From IMG/VR virus record IMGVR_UViG_3300032245_001172, positions 1 through 62,209 of that record: 62,209 bases of DNA. One strand, written 5' to 3'. The position numbers were made by a program, and so were the translations under genes. Positions 38,006-47,584 of this stretch are shown piece by piece. The stretch comes from a virus. Taxonomy: Duplodnaviria > Caudoviricetes. A model generated the notes under the pieces. The model was not told where the DNA came from. It saw nothing but the letters and a program-made list of their open reading frames with translations, and ran no database searches. Every line of letters starts with the position of its first letter. Positions within the stretch are counted from its first letter, which is position 1.

Positions 38006-39032
38006 CCAAGAACAAGACCAAGAACAATTTATTGAAACTACAATTGTTGAAGATAATTTTTCTCCACTTGATGCTCCAGTAAAAAAGAGAAGTTATACAA
38101 ATCACGTTTTAGCAACTGATGATGCAGTTGTTGAAGATTTAGCTGAACCAACTTTTCAAAGACCAAACTTTTCAGACTTTGAGCCAGAAGAAGAAGCTGG
38201 TAAAAAAGAACCAGATAGACCATTTAACGAAAGTTATTCTGAATTAGATAACAAAGAAAAAACAATGGGTGCAGAAATGATGGCAGAAATGACATTAGAT
38301 TTGTATGCAAAAGGTTGTGGTTGGTTAGGAAAAGTTCCAGAAATTAATGAAAAGAAATTAGATGGATTAATAGCAGAAGGAGAAATTGATGGAAATATTC
38401 AAATTCCAACTGAATCTGGTAATGTTTCTGTTAGAGATTTTGCACAAGAATATAATTCAAGTATTAAAGATGCCTTTGAAGTAAGTGATGAATTTAAGGA
38501 AAATGTAAAAGCACCATTAATTCGTGTACTGAAAAAACGTGGAATCGGAATGACTGACGAACAATTGTTAGGATATTATTTCGTTACAGATTTTGGAACA
38601 AAAGTTGCACAAGTAGTAATGTTGAAAAAAACATCTAATAATATTTTAGATTCTTTAAAAGAAAATACACAAGCATTACGTGAAAGCCAAGTACAAAGAC
38701 CAGCACCAGCACCAGTACAACAAGTGGTAAAAGAAGAACCAATTAAGTATTATGCAGAGGAAGAAGAAGTTGTTATTAAAAAACCAAAAAGACAAAAAAC
38801 TAATTTAGAAGAACAAATTGAATTTTTTGAACCAGAAGAAGCTGGAAGTGTTTTTAATAATTTGAAAGACAATGGTGGATTCTCACAAGATTTTCAAGAA
38901 GCAGACAATATGCCTAAATTTGGAGATGCTGAAATTTTATCACAATTAGAAAAATTAAGTGGAGAACCAACTAAACCAGTTAGAAAAAGTACTACTGGAG
39001 CAAAAAGAGGTCGTAAACCAAAAGCAAAATAA
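37995..39032 (+). CDS. acidic hypothetical protein in packaging module
   Basis: E/D-rich with basic RGRKPKAK tail. Confidence 0.7.
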   Translation: MEINQEQDQEQFIETTIVEDNFSPLDAPVKKRSYTNHVLATDDAVVEDLAEPTFQRPNFSDFEPEEEAGKKEPDRPFNESYSELDNKEKTMGAEMMAEMTLDLYAKGCGWLGKVPEINEKKLDGLIAEGEIDGNIQIPTESGNVSVRDFAQEYNSSIKDAFEVSDEFKENVKAPLIRVLKKRGIGMTDEQLLGYYFVTDFGTKVAQVVMLKKTSNNILDSLKENTQALRESQVQRPAPAPVQQVVKEEPIKYYAEEEEVVIKKPKRQKTNLEEQIEFFEPEEAGSVFNNLKDNGGFSQDFQEADNMPKFGDAEILSQLEKLSGEPTKPVRKSTTGAKRGRKPKAK

Positions 39033-39035
39033 TAA

Positions 39036-39161
39036 ATGAAAAAGTATAAACAAAATAAAAATCAAGATAGAGATAAAGAAATTTTATTTTTATTTTTAAT
39101 AAGTTTGTTGGTTTATATAATTTTTGTTTTATTATTTATTTCTGATTTTTTTAAAAGATAA
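39036..39161 (+). CDS. 41-aa single-TM protein upstream of ATPase
   Basis: Read manually, ...EILFLFLISLLVYIIFVLLFISDFFKR. Confidence 0.5.
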   Translation: MKKYKQNKNQDRDKEILFLFLISLLVYIIFVLLFISDFFKR

Positions 39162-39163
39162 CT

Positions 39164-39982
39164 ATGGAAGAAAGAGAACCAAAATTAGGAGTTGCAGTAG
39201 GTAGAAAAGGATGTGGTAAAACATATCAAACTTACAAAATGATGCAACAATATGTTGTAGGAAATCCAGCAAAAGGAGTTGCACCAAGAAGGGTGTTAGT
39301 ATTAGATGTGAACGATGAATTTGAGGATATTAGAGCAATAAGCGTAAACGATGTTATGCGTTTTTCTGTTCATCCAAAAATAGAAATGCGAAGAATTAGA
39401 CCATTCCATGATAATGGAAAAAGAATGACAATAAATGAAATTCAAGATACGTTATTTAAAATTCTAAATGATTTTAGAGGAGGATTATTGCTTATAGAAG
39501 ATGTTAATAGATATATTTCAGATTATTTACCGAATGACCTTGTTGGTGCTATTTGTACTAACAGACATACCGATACCGATATTATCTTACACTTTCAGTC
39601 GGTTGGTAGGGTTTCGCCTAAAATTTGGCAGAACTTAAATTGGATTAGATTCCATAAAAACACCGATAGTGTGGATAAGCATAGAACAAAATTTGAGGAT
39701 AAATACGAAATGCTTAAATTGGTAGAAAACTATGTAAATAGCGAATATCACAATTACAATAATCAAAGATATTTTACTTATGTAGATATTGATGATGAAA
39801 AAATTAAAAATGTAGATAGGAAAAAGTTTGAAAACATTGTTGATTTATATATTTCAGAAAATTATAAGAAACTAATTTCGCCAATGCTTCAAACAAGAGA
39901 TATTGGAAAAGGTACAAAAGTACATACACCAGAATCAGCAGTTAAGGAGCAACGAAAAAGAATTTTAAATTATTATTTATAA
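39164..39982 (+). CDS. FtsK-HerA superfamily (A32/P9-type) genome-packaging ATPase
   Basis: Walker A GRKGCGKT near N-terminus, Walker B LLLIED, NRH..IILHFQ (Arg finger + Gln); 272 aa, no nuclease domain. Confidence 0.75.
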   Translation: MEEREPKLGVAVGRKGCGKTYQTYKMMQQYVVGNPAKGVAPRRVLVLDVNDEFEDIRAISVNDVMRFSVHPKIEMRRIRPFHDNGKRMTINEIQDTLFKILNDFRGGLLLIEDVNRYISDYLPNDLVGAICTNRHTDTDIILHFQSVGRVSPKIWQNLNWIRFHKNTDSVDKHRTKFEDKYEMLKLVENYVNSEYHNYNNQRYFTYVDIDDEKIKNVDRKKFENIVDLYISENYKKLISPMLQTRDIGKGTKVHTPESAVKEQRKRILNYYL

Positions 39983-40153
39983 ATGGAAGAAATTGAAGTG
40001 GTAAAATTTTGCAAAAAAACTCACAATCCATTAAGTAAAAAAAACATGAAATTATCAGATTGGATGAGTATAAGCAAAAACGTTTATGTTAATTTTTATT
40101 TTAAAGCATATAAATTAGGATATTCACAATTTCAAAATTTAAACGCAATATGA
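39983..40153 (+). CDS. small hypothetical protein (56 aa)
   Basis: Read manually; fills gap with ATGA overlap. Confidence 0.5.
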   Translation: MEEIEVVKFCKKTHNPLSKKNMKLSDWMSISKNVYVNFYFKAYKLGYSQFQNLNAI

Positions 40154-40398
40154 AAAAAGACAGAGGATTTATTGCAAAGTTATTTTGCGAAGGAAACGAA
40201 CCAAGTTCAAAAAGGTTTGTTGGTATTATTGGAGCAATAACATTATTTTCTACATTATTTATAGATGTAATCAGTAGTGATGTAAAGCCACTAAATGAAA
40301 CTTTGATTAATGCGATTGCTTTTATATCTTTTGGAGCATTAGGAATAACTGGTGCAGAAAAAATTTTCAGTAAAAAAATACAAGATAAAACAGAATAA
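40150..40398 (+). CDS. holin-like protein
   Basis: Two TMs, PSSKRF motif, precedes endolysin. Confidence 0.6.
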   Translation: MKKDRGFIAKLFCEGNEPSSKRFVGIIGAITLFSTLFIDVISSDVKPLNETLINAIAFISFGALGITGAEKIFSKKIQDKTE

Positions 40399-40400
40399 CT

Positions 40401-40868
40401 ATGCAAATTACACAACATTTAAATTTAGCAGAGCTTACAAGAAGTGAAACTGCAAAAAGAAAAGGTATAAGCAATATGCCTAACCCACACCATTTAGAAA
40501 ATTTAAAAAATTTAGCAATAAATATTTTTGAACCAATTAGAAGAAACTTTGGGCAACCAATACATATAAGTAGTGGTTATAGAAGTAAAGAATTGAATAC
40601 TGCTATTGGTGGAAGTTTAACATCTCAACATTGTTCTGGAGAAGCTATTGATATTGATATGGATAATAGTTCTAATGGAATTACAAATAAGCAAGTTTTT
40701 GAATACATTAAGCAACATTTAAATTTCGACCAATTGATTTGGGAATTTGGAACAAAAGACAATCCAGATTGGGTTCACGTTTCTTATAAAACAAATGGTA
40801 AACAACGTAAGCAAGTTTTAAGAGCAGTTAAGCAAGGCACTAAAACAACATACACTCCTTATGTATAA
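40401..40868 (+). CDS. peptidase M15A endolysin
   Basis: ISSGYRS..LN..IGG..TSQH..GEAIDI, FDQLIWE, WVHVSY. Confidence 0.9.
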   Translation: MQITQHLNLAELTRSETAKRKGISNMPNPHHLENLKNLAINIFEPIRRNFGQPIHISSGYRSKELNTAIGGSLTSQHCSGEAIDIDMDNSSNGITNKQVFEYIKQHLNFDQLIWEFGTKDNPDWVHVSYKTNGKQRKQVLRAVKQGTKTTYTPYV

Positions 40869-41217
40869 TTATTTAAAAGAGAAGTTTCCAACACTATTAA
40901 TGTTAAGTGTAGCATTAGTGTTGTTTTTTGTGGTATTAAACTTTTTATTTACGTTCATGGGTAATAGTAAAGTGAATTATATAAAAAATCAAATGGATGA
41001 TGTTAAGCAAGAAATTAATGAAATCAAAATTGACAATCAATCATTAGATGCAAAGTTTGAAAATTTAAATAATCAAATTCAGCGTGTAGATAAGAATATT
41101 CAGAAAAACAATACATCAATTAAAAAATTAAATCAAGATGAAAAAACTACAATTGATTCTTTTAGGGATTATACTCCTAACGAGTGGGAAAAGTATTTCG
41201 CAGACAGATACAAGTAA
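40861..41217 (+). CDS. spanin-like protein (TM + coiled coil)
   Basis: N-terminal TM and coiled coil after endolysin. Confidence 0.5.
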   Translation: MYNYLKEKFPTLLMLSVALVLFFVVLNFLFTFMGNSKVNYIKNQMDDVKQEINEIKIDNQSLDAKFENLNNQIQRVDKNIQKNNTSIKKLNQDEKTTIDSFRDYTPNEWEKYFADRYK

Positions 41218-41548
41218 AGTCGTAATTAGTACGAGGATTGCTAAAAGAATTGCTACTGATTTAGTTTCTGGAGATTTTTGCAAGAAAAAAGTTATTTATT
41301 TAGAATTAAACATTAACGAATTACAAAAAAAAGTAGTTATTAAAGATAGTATGATTTTGAATCGTGAAAGCAAAATTGAAAATTTAAATTCTTTGCTTTT
41401 AAAAAAAGACGAAATGTTTTCTATGCAAGAAGAAATATCAAAAACATATTTAAAAGATTTACGAAAATATAAAAGGACAACTTTACTATATAAGATATTA
41501 GCATTAATAGGAGCATCCACAACTGGATATTACATACTAACTAAATAG
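41138..41548 (+). CDS. spanin-like secreted coiled-coil protein
   Basis: Signal peptide, coiled coil, overlaps previous ORF. Confidence 0.45.
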   Translation: MKKLQLILLGIILLTSGKSISQTDTSKVVISTRIAKRIATDLVSGDFCKKKVIYLELNINELQKKVVIKDSMILNRESKIENLNSLLLKKDEMFSMQEEISKTYLKDLRKYKRTTLLYKILALIGASTTGYYILTK

Positions 41549-41567
41549 AAATACACAAAAAAAAACA

Positions 41568-41592
41568 AGCCACTTTTATAGTGGTTTTTTTT
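41568..41592 (+). terminator. intrinsic terminator
   Basis: AGCCAC...GTGGTT followed by T run. Confidence 0.7.
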
Positions 41593-41674
41593 ACGCTTAT
41601 AAATGAAACAAAAGTCTTATTTGATTGTTTCTAATATTTGACAAAAAATTTGTTTTTATAATATATTTTATTTA

Positions 41675-41682
41675 TACTTTTG
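41675..41682 (+). promoter_or_regulatory. -7 promoter element of the capsid-candidate operon
   Basis: TACTTTTG with TTTG about 25 bp upstream. Confidence 0.5.
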
Positions 41683-41758
41683 AAAAGTAAAATAATATTG
41701 TATCTGTATATAAATATTATTTACAACAAATTTTTAATAACAAATTAATCATTCTGAA

Positions 41759-41896
41759 ATGATGAAACAAGAATTAGTAACTATTTTAAAAACTTTCCTA
41801 ATTGTAACTGGAGCAGTTTTAGTAGCAAATGCAATCGAAAGAAAGTATTTAAAATCAAAAGTAGCAATCCCAATGGATGCTACACCAATAGAGTAA
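41759..41896 (+). CDS. 45-aa single-TM protein co-transcribed with capsid candidate
   Basis: Read manually, MMKQELVTILKTFLIVTGAVLVANAIERKY... Confidence 0.7.
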   Translation: MMKQELVTILKTFLIVTGAVLVANAIERKYLKSKVAIPMDATPIE

Positions 41897-41929
41897 AAAA
41901 TTAAATTATAAATATTAAAATTAAACAAA

Positions 41930-42628
41930 ATGTCAAACGTAAGAAAATATTTAGCTTCGGCTCAAAGAAACGCAATGGAATCTTTTGCTAATGCAGATGG
42001 ATTTATCGATGAAGATTTATCATTCACTGGAGATGACTTCTTTAACGCTGGTGGAAACATGGGCGGTGGAAGTGTTCAAACTTCACAACCTTATATTGTA
42101 AACATTACATCAACTTCTGGTTCAGCAGTTGCTAATTTTGAAGTATTAGGTTCATACCAATATATTAACAATACTGGCTTTACTGCTGGTGGAGATTTAG
42201 TAATTGGTTCAATCACAATTAGTTCTGGTATTTCAGATGTAACGTATCGTGAGATGTTATACCAATTCATGAATAATCCTTATTCAGTTGGTTTAACTTA
42301 CATCCAATCTGGTACTACAAACCAAGTTTTAGAAACTTTATCTGTAAACACAAGAGATGCTAATGGTAACCAAGCACAAAAAACTTTAGTTCCAACTATT
42401 GACCCATATCAGCAACAAACAAGCATTATTGCTATGAAGTATGCTTATAGAATCGATGGTTTCACTAAAATTATCATTCGTCAAGTATTGGCAAATGCAA
42501 CTGTGAAATTATACTTCTACCCAGCAGACAACATAAACCTTGCTCGTGCATTAGGTGGTAAAGCAGTAAGCCAACAATTTGGAACTCCACCAGTAACTAA
42601 TGGTCAAACCATTAAAATTAAAGCGTAA
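41930..42628 (+). CDS. candidate major capsid protein (beta-rich, possible jelly roll)
   Basis: Own promoter and terminator, visibly more C-ending codons, alternating beta pattern, paralogue at 55238, near packaging ATPase. Confidence 0.55.
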   Translation: MSNVRKYLASAQRNAMESFANADGFIDEDLSFTGDDFFNAGGNMGGGSVQTSQPYIVNITSTSGSAVANFEVLGSYQYINNTGFTAGGDLVIGSITISSGISDVTYREMLYQFMNNPYSVGLTYIQSGTTNQVLETLSVNTRDANGNQAQKTLVPTIDPYQQQTSIIAMKYAYRIDGFTKIIIRQVLANATVKLYFYPADNINLARALGGKAVSQQFGTPPVTNGQTIKIKA

Positions 42629-42670
42629 TTTATCCCTTTATTGAGATAAAATCGAATTAATGTATAATTG

Positions 42671-42709
42671 AAAAGGGCAAGGATGATTCATTTCAACTTG
42701 CCCTTTTTT
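42671..42709 (+). terminator. intrinsic terminator
   Basis: AAAAGGGCAAG...CTTGCCCTTTTTT. Confidence 0.85.
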
Positions 42710-42725
42710 AATAAAAATAAAAATT

Positions 42726-43109
42726 ATGTCAGTATATCAATATGTTGCAGAAAATAATCCTATGGTTGCAGAAAGAATTATAGATTCTTTTGGTTATACC
42801 ATTGCAAAAACACCAGATATGGGATTATCTCAATTAGTTGCAAATGTTGGAGAACCAGCTTTGAAAAAAGTTATGGAAAATCATCCAGACAAAGAAATCA
42901 TTTTAGAAATGTTTAGCAACGAATCAAATGACAAAAAAACTTGTGGTTGTAAGTCGTGTGCTAACAAACATGAAAATTATTTAAACGCTACTGGAGATAC
43001 AACAACTACACCAACAAAATCACAAGAACAAATTGCAAATCAAACTGGATTATTTTTGTTTTTTGGAGCAGTTATGTTTTCTTTAGCATTAATTTATAAA
43101 AATAAATAA
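42726..43109 (+). CDS. membrane protein (C-terminal TM)
   Basis: HPDKEII, CGCKSC, YLNATG, TM. Confidence 0.75.
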   Translation: MSVYQYVAENNPMVAERIIDSFGYTIAKTPDMGLSQLVANVGEPALKKVMENHPDKEIILEMFSNESNDKKTCGCKSCANKHENYLNATGDTTTTPTKSQEQIANQTGLFLFFGAVMFSLALIYKNK

Positions 43110-43110
43110 T

Positions 43111-43749
43111 ATGAGAAATGCAAATCCAATTATAGGTGCAACATCAGTAATGTATGTTGTAATGAAAAAAAGAGCAAAACTTCTTGCTTTATTAACTAAA
43201 AATGGAGTAAAATACCCAGTAAACGCTACCGATATGCAACTTGCATTGATTGTTACTAATTTACTAAAAACTTCAAAATCTTTTACCATAGAATTTGAAC
43301 AATTATTATCAGAGCCAGAAGTAATTAAAAGTGTATTTAGTGGAATGGATGGTTTTTATTCTAATTTCACATATGACTTCAATCCAAATAAATTTGACCC
43401 AAATATTTTTGGAACAACAACTGGAACATTACCTACAAAACCAACTTTACCAACAACTACTACAAACACAAAAAGCAATAAATTTTCTTTTGGAAATGCT
43501 TTAGAGTTGTTACAAACTGGTTTTCAAGGTTATTTAGCTTTAGATGAAAATAAAACTAAAAAAGCATTAGCAGATGCAAGTGTACAAATCAAACAAAGCG
43601 ATGTACAATTAGCAGAATTAGGAGTTTTACCATCTGGTAATGAAACTAAAAAAGATGGATTATCAACTGGAGCAATTGTAGGTTTAAGTATAGCTGGTAT
43701 TTTAGTAGTAGGTGGAGCAATTTATTTTGCAACAAAAAATAAATCATAA
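43111..43749 (+). CDS. membrane protein (C-terminal TM), paralogue of 43754
   Basis: LLTKNGV shared; TM + basic tail. Confidence 0.75.
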   Translation: MRNANPIIGATSVMYVVMKKRAKLLALLTKNGVKYPVNATDMQLALIVTNLLKTSKSFTIEFEQLLSEPEVIKSVFSGMDGFYSNFTYDFNPNKFDPNIFGTTTGTLPTKPTLPTTTTNTKSNKFSFGNALELLQTGFQGYLALDENKTKKALADASVQIKQSDVQLAELGVLPSGNETKKDGLSTGAIVGLSIAGILVVGGAIYFATKNKS

Positions 43750-43753
43750 TATT

Positions 43754-44314
43754 ATGAACGAGCAGAAAATAGGTACTTTAGTAGGTGGAATGGTTGGTTT
43801 ATTTCCAGCTGAAATCACAGAATTATTGACTAAAAATGGTGTAGTAGTAGATACAATCAATTTAAATATTGATAATTTAGTTACTGCAACTTTTTATGCT
43901 TTAGACAAATCAGTTTCATTTAGAAAAGATTTTATTGATTTATATAAAAATAATGAAGAATTAATCAATTCAAAAATTGAAACTACTGAATATTCTAATG
44001 GAGATGGTGCTAAAAGTGGATTTGATTATTCTGGAGTAGCATCAAGTTTAATTGGTGGTATTGGAAGTTTTTTTGGAAGTAAAAATAATTTAAAAGCATC
44101 ACAAGTACAAGCAGATGCAATGCTTCAATCTGGACAATTATCTTTAGAAGCACAAAAAATAGCATTAGAAGGTAAAAAAATTGATTCAGCAACTGCACTT
44201 GCTTTAGCACAAGCAAAACCACAAGGAAATACTACTTTATATGTAGCATTAGGAGTTGGTGGTGTATTAGTTTTAGGTCTTGTTATATGGGCAGTAACCA
44301 GAAAAAAAGCGTAA
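43754..44314 (+). CDS. membrane protein (C-terminal TM)
   Basis: LLTKNGV, YSNGDG, TM + RKK. Confidence 0.75.
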   Translation: MNEQKIGTLVGGMVGLFPAEITELLTKNGVVVDTINLNIDNLVTATFYALDKSVSFRKDFIDLYKNNEELINSKIETTEYSNGDGAKSGFDYSGVASSLIGGIGSFFGSKNNLKASQVQADAMLQSGQLSLEAQKIALEGKKIDSATALALAQAKPQGNTTLYVALGVGGVLVLGLVIWAVTRKKA

Positions 44315-44315
44315 C

Positions 44316-44540
44316 ATGGAAGAAGAAAAAGATTATTTAGAAGAAGTCAAAGATATTGTAAGTTTAGACAAAAGAGAAATTCTTATGCTAACTACAAAAG
44401 CATCTGTAAATGGTGCAGTAACTGGCTTAATTATTGGTATGATGTTTGGATTTTATAAACAAAAAAATGTTTATATTTCTGGATTAGTTGGAGCAGTAAT
44501 TGGTGGTGTAGGAACTGCAATAATCGTAAATAAAAAATAA
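44316..44540 (+). CDS. two-TM glycine-zipper protein
   Basis: GAVTGLIIGMMFG / GLVGAVIGGVG. Confidence 0.7.
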   Translation: MEEEKDYLEEVKDIVSLDKREILMLTTKASVNGAVTGLIIGMMFGFYKQKNVYISGLVGAVIGGVGTAIIVNKK

Positions 44541-44544
44541 TATT

Positions 44545-44958
44545 ATGGGATTTTTTAAAAAAATAACAAGACAGATTAGTATCAAAAATATTAGTCCAAT
44601 TGCAAGAGTAGTAAGTGTTGCAAAACCAACTATTAAAAAAGTAATTGATACTAAACAAATCGGTATTAAAGATTATATAGCACTTTCTCCAGTAGGAATA
44701 GCAATGGAAACAATAAAAACTGGAACTTCAAACATTAAAGATGTTGTAGTAGATAAACCAATAGAGCCAGTAGCAGATGTTAAAGCACCATTAGAAACGG
44801 ATTTAGTAAAACCAGCATCAACTACACCAACACCAGCACCAGCAGTTGCAACAGCAGTTGCACCAGCACCAAAAAAACCAAATGTTTTAATGTATGCTGG
44901 AATTGGAGTAGGAGTATTAGTTTTAGGATATTTCGGATATAGATTAATGAAAAAATAA
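44545..44958 (+). CDS. membrane protein with Pro/Ala linker and C-terminal TM
   Basis: PAPAVATAVAPAP, then TM. Confidence 0.7.
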   Translation: MGFFKKITRQISIKNISPIARVVSVAKPTIKKVIDTKQIGIKDYIALSPVGIAMETIKTGTSNIKDVVVDKPIEPVADVKAPLETDLVKPASTTPTPAPAVATAVAPAPKKPNVLMYAGIGVGVLVLGYFGYRLMKK

Positions 44959-44974
44959 TTTTAAATTTTAAAAT

Positions 44975-45082
44975 ATGAAAAAGCCAAATTTAGTAATGGG
45001 ATTAGTAGGAGTAGTAATTTCTTTAGGAATGGTTTATGCTTATGCTTACATAGTAGGTAAAGGATGGAAAAAATCACAATAA
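44975..45082 (+). CDS. 35-aa single-TM protein
   Basis: Read manually; ends VGKGWKKSQ, like 45663. Confidence 0.65.
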   Translation: MKKPNLVMGLVGVVISLGMVYAYAYIVGKGWKKSQ

Positions 45083-45122
45083 TAAAAAAATAATTGTTTA
45101 ACTTTACAAAAAATAAAAAAAA

Positions 45123-45647
45123 ATGGAAAAGAAAAAAGTATTTATAGGATTAGGTTTATTAGCAGTAGGAACAATAGGTTACTTTGCTTTGAAAAACAAA
45201 AAAAGAAGAGATGATGTTGCTAATGCAGAAAGTCTTGTAATAGATGATTCAGACATTTCTGAATCTGATATAAATTATTTAAGTTCTAATGGTACTAATC
45301 CTATTAGTATTAAAAAATATTTAAATTATATTAAAACAACTCCAAGTGCTATTCAACATAATCAAAAACTAATGAATAGAAAGGTTTATAGTTTATTTGA
45401 TAATTTAAACATTAGAAATGAACAAACTCTTGAAAACATAAGTAAAGTTGGCGTTGTGCCAAAGAAACATACATATTTAGGAAGAATAAGTGAATTACAA
45501 AACGATATGGAAGGAGATTTATGGTTTGTTATTTTAGCTCCAGATAGTAATTATAAAATTAAAAAATCATTTAATTGGGGTAAAGGAATTAATCCTTACA
45601 GAAGATATGTAAAAGCAAGTGCTGTTTTTGCCGATTTAAATAATTAA
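45123..45647 (+). CDS. N-terminal TM protein with possible SH3b-like domain
   Basis: TM + NLNIR...W...YV pattern. Confidence 0.6.
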   Translation: MEKKKVFIGLGLLAVGTIGYFALKNKKRRDDVANAESLVIDDSDISESDINYLSSNGTNPISIKKYLNYIKTTPSAIQHNQKLMNRKVYSLFDNLNIRNEQTLENISKVGVVPKKHTYLGRISELQNDMEGDLWFVILAPDSNYKIKKSFNWGKGINPYRRYVKASAVFADLNN

Positions 45648-45662
45648 AAAAAAAATAAAAAA

Positions 45663-45797
45663 ATGGATAATTTTTATAACACAGAAAAAAATCAAACAAC
45701 TACTCAATATATAGTAGGTGTTGGAACTGGATTAGTAGTTTTATTTGCAGTCGTATGGGTTGTAGGTAAAGCATGGAAGAAAAGCCAAAAAGTATAA
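45663..45797 (+). CDS. 44-aa single-TM protein
   Basis: Read manually; VGKAWKKSQ. Confidence 0.65.
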   Translation: MDNFYNTEKNQTTTQYIVGVGTGLVVLFAVVWVVGKAWKKSQKV

Positions 45798-45800
45798 ATT

Positions 45801-45953
45801 ATGAAAAAGAAAAAAATTATCGGAGCAATATTATTTTCAGTAGGTATTGGTGCATTAGTGTACCTTTACAAAGGTTTTTATGCTCCAAAAAAAGAAATTG
45901 AAAATACACCGATTGCCGATTTGAAAAAAGAAACTACAACTACAACAAAATAA
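45801..45953 (+). CDS. 50-aa single-TM protein
   Basis: Read manually, MKKKKIIGAILFSVGIGALVYLYK... Confidence 0.65.
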   Translation: MKKKKIIGAILFSVGIGALVYLYKGFYAPKKEIENTPIADLKKETTTTTK

Positions 45954-45955
45954 CT

Positions 45956-46291
45956 ATGGAAAAGAGTGCCAATAAACTTTGGAAAGAAAGTAATACATCT
46001 TTAAGTTTTAAAGATTGGTTAGAACGAGAAAAATCAAAAGGTATTTTTATACCAAACAAAAAGTTTATGGCTTTTGAAGGTGTTGATTTAGAAGGTTCAT
46101 TAAATAACAATACAATTAAAGATACGTTAAATATTTCTAAAGAAAGGTTTGAAAAAGAATTAGGAATTAATAAAAAAGAAAAAATTGTTCCTAAAAATAA
46201 AGTTTTTGGATTAAATAAAGGTTTATTAGTAGCATCTACATTAGTAATAGTAGTTGCATTAGCTTATAAGGTATATCAAAAAAGAAAATAA
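45956..46291 (+). CDS. membrane protein (C-terminal TM)
   Basis: SFKDWLEREK; TM + KRK. Confidence 0.7.
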   Translation: MEKSANKLWKESNTSLSFKDWLEREKSKGIFIPNKKFMAFEGVDLEGSLNNNTIKDTLNISKERFEKELGINKKEKIVPKNKVFGLNKGLLVASTLVIVVALAYKVYQKRK

Positions 46292-46293
46292 AT

Positions 46294-47079
46294 ATGAATT
46301 TTAGAATCCAAACAAGATATAACGAAATGTGTTTAAAAGTTGTAGTTAATGTTAAAACTCCAACTATTGTAACTATAAAAATATTTGACGAAGAAAAACA
46401 TAAAATTTGTTTTACCGACAGATACAAAACAATTCACAATACAGAAACATTTTACATTCGTTTACCTTTGACTTCAAATTCAGTAGTTTTATCAGTTTTT
46501 GATAAAGAAAAAGGAAATTTACCTAAAGAGCAAGAAAAAAATATAAGCGTTGTTAGTATTGATAAAACACCATTAGAAAAAAGAATGGATGTTGTAGATA
46601 TAAAAAACAAAAACGTTGCTTATTTTGTTGATTTTGCACAAAGATTTTGTTTTAATTCATCGTATTTACAAACAAATAAATCGTATAAATCAGACAATGG
46701 TCAGTTTATAATTGAATATTTACCAACTATTGTTAGCAGTAACGGAAAAGAACTTACAACTCCAGCCAGAATTTCAAAAGTTTCTGGAAGGATTCAAGTT
46801 TCTAAAAAACAATTTGACAAGTACACTATTCCAATGCGTTTTGCAATATTGTGCCACGAATTTAGCCACTTCTATGTGAATGAAGATATGGACAATGAAA
46901 GTGAAGCAGATATAAACGGATTGTTGATATATTTAGGTCTTGGTTATCCTCGAATTGAAGGGTATCAAGCATTTTTAGAAGTTTTTAAAGATGCACCGAA
47001 TGAAAGTAACAAGAAAAGATTTGATAGAATTGATAAATTCATCAGAAATTTTGAAAAAAATAAAATGGTAATTAGATAA
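46294..47079 (+). CDS. zincin-like metallopeptidase
   Basis: ILCHEFSH (HExxH) followed by ESEAD. Confidence 0.7.
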   Translation: MNFRIQTRYNEMCLKVVVNVKTPTIVTIKIFDEEKHKICFTDRYKTIHNTETFYIRLPLTSNSVVLSVFDKEKGNLPKEQEKNISVVSIDKTPLEKRMDVVDIKNKNVAYFVDFAQRFCFNSSYLQTNKSYKSDNGQFIIEYLPTIVSSNGKELTTPARISKVSGRIQVSKKQFDKYTIPMRFAILCHEFSHFYVNEDMDNESEADINGLLIYLGLGYPRIEGYQAFLEVFKDAPNESNKKRFDRIDKFIRNFEKNKMVIR

Positions 47080-47091
47080 AAAATAAATATT

Positions 47092-47580
47092 ATGGAAAAT
47101 TCATCAAATACATACATGAAAAATTCATCTGGAACTTTTTTAGAAAATATAACTAAAAACACGAGAAATATTCTTGGAGGAGTTTCTAATACACAAGAGA
47201 GTAATAATCTTCAACAACAAAATACACCAGTTGATTGGAGTAAATTTATCATAAATGATTTTCCAGTTTTTACTAATTTAAAACCATCTAAAAAAGTACT
47301 TTGTAATGATGGTACTATTCAATTTCAGAGTACAGAACCCAATGCAAAGGTTATGATGGCTTGTGCAAAAAATGGAGGTAGTTCTGCTAATCAACCAATT
47401 GATTTTACAAAATACGAAGAAGAAAAATTCAAATTAGCTTTAGAACAAAAAAAAATAGATGCAGAAAAAGCTATGTCTGATGCTGAAAAAAACAACAAAA
47501 AAGAACCAATATATTATATTTTAGTTACTGCTGGAGTTATGATTGCTGGTTATCTTGCATATAAAAAATTTAAAAAATAA
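47092..47580 (+). CDS. membrane protein (C-terminal TM)
   Basis: CNDGT...C..NGG; TM + KKFKK. Confidence 0.7.
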   Translation: MENSSNTYMKNSSGTFLENITKNTRNILGGVSNTQESNNLQQQNTPVDWSKFIINDFPVFTNLKPSKKVLCNDGTIQFQSTEPNAKVMMACAKNGGSSANQPIDFTKYEEEKFKLALEQKKIDAEKAMSDAEKNNKKEPIYYILVTAGVMIAGYLAYKKFKK

Positions 47581-47584
47581 CATC

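Noticed and set aside
39164-39982. Terminase large subunit
   Set aside because: Too short, no nuclease domain, and the motifs fit the FtsK-HerA clade
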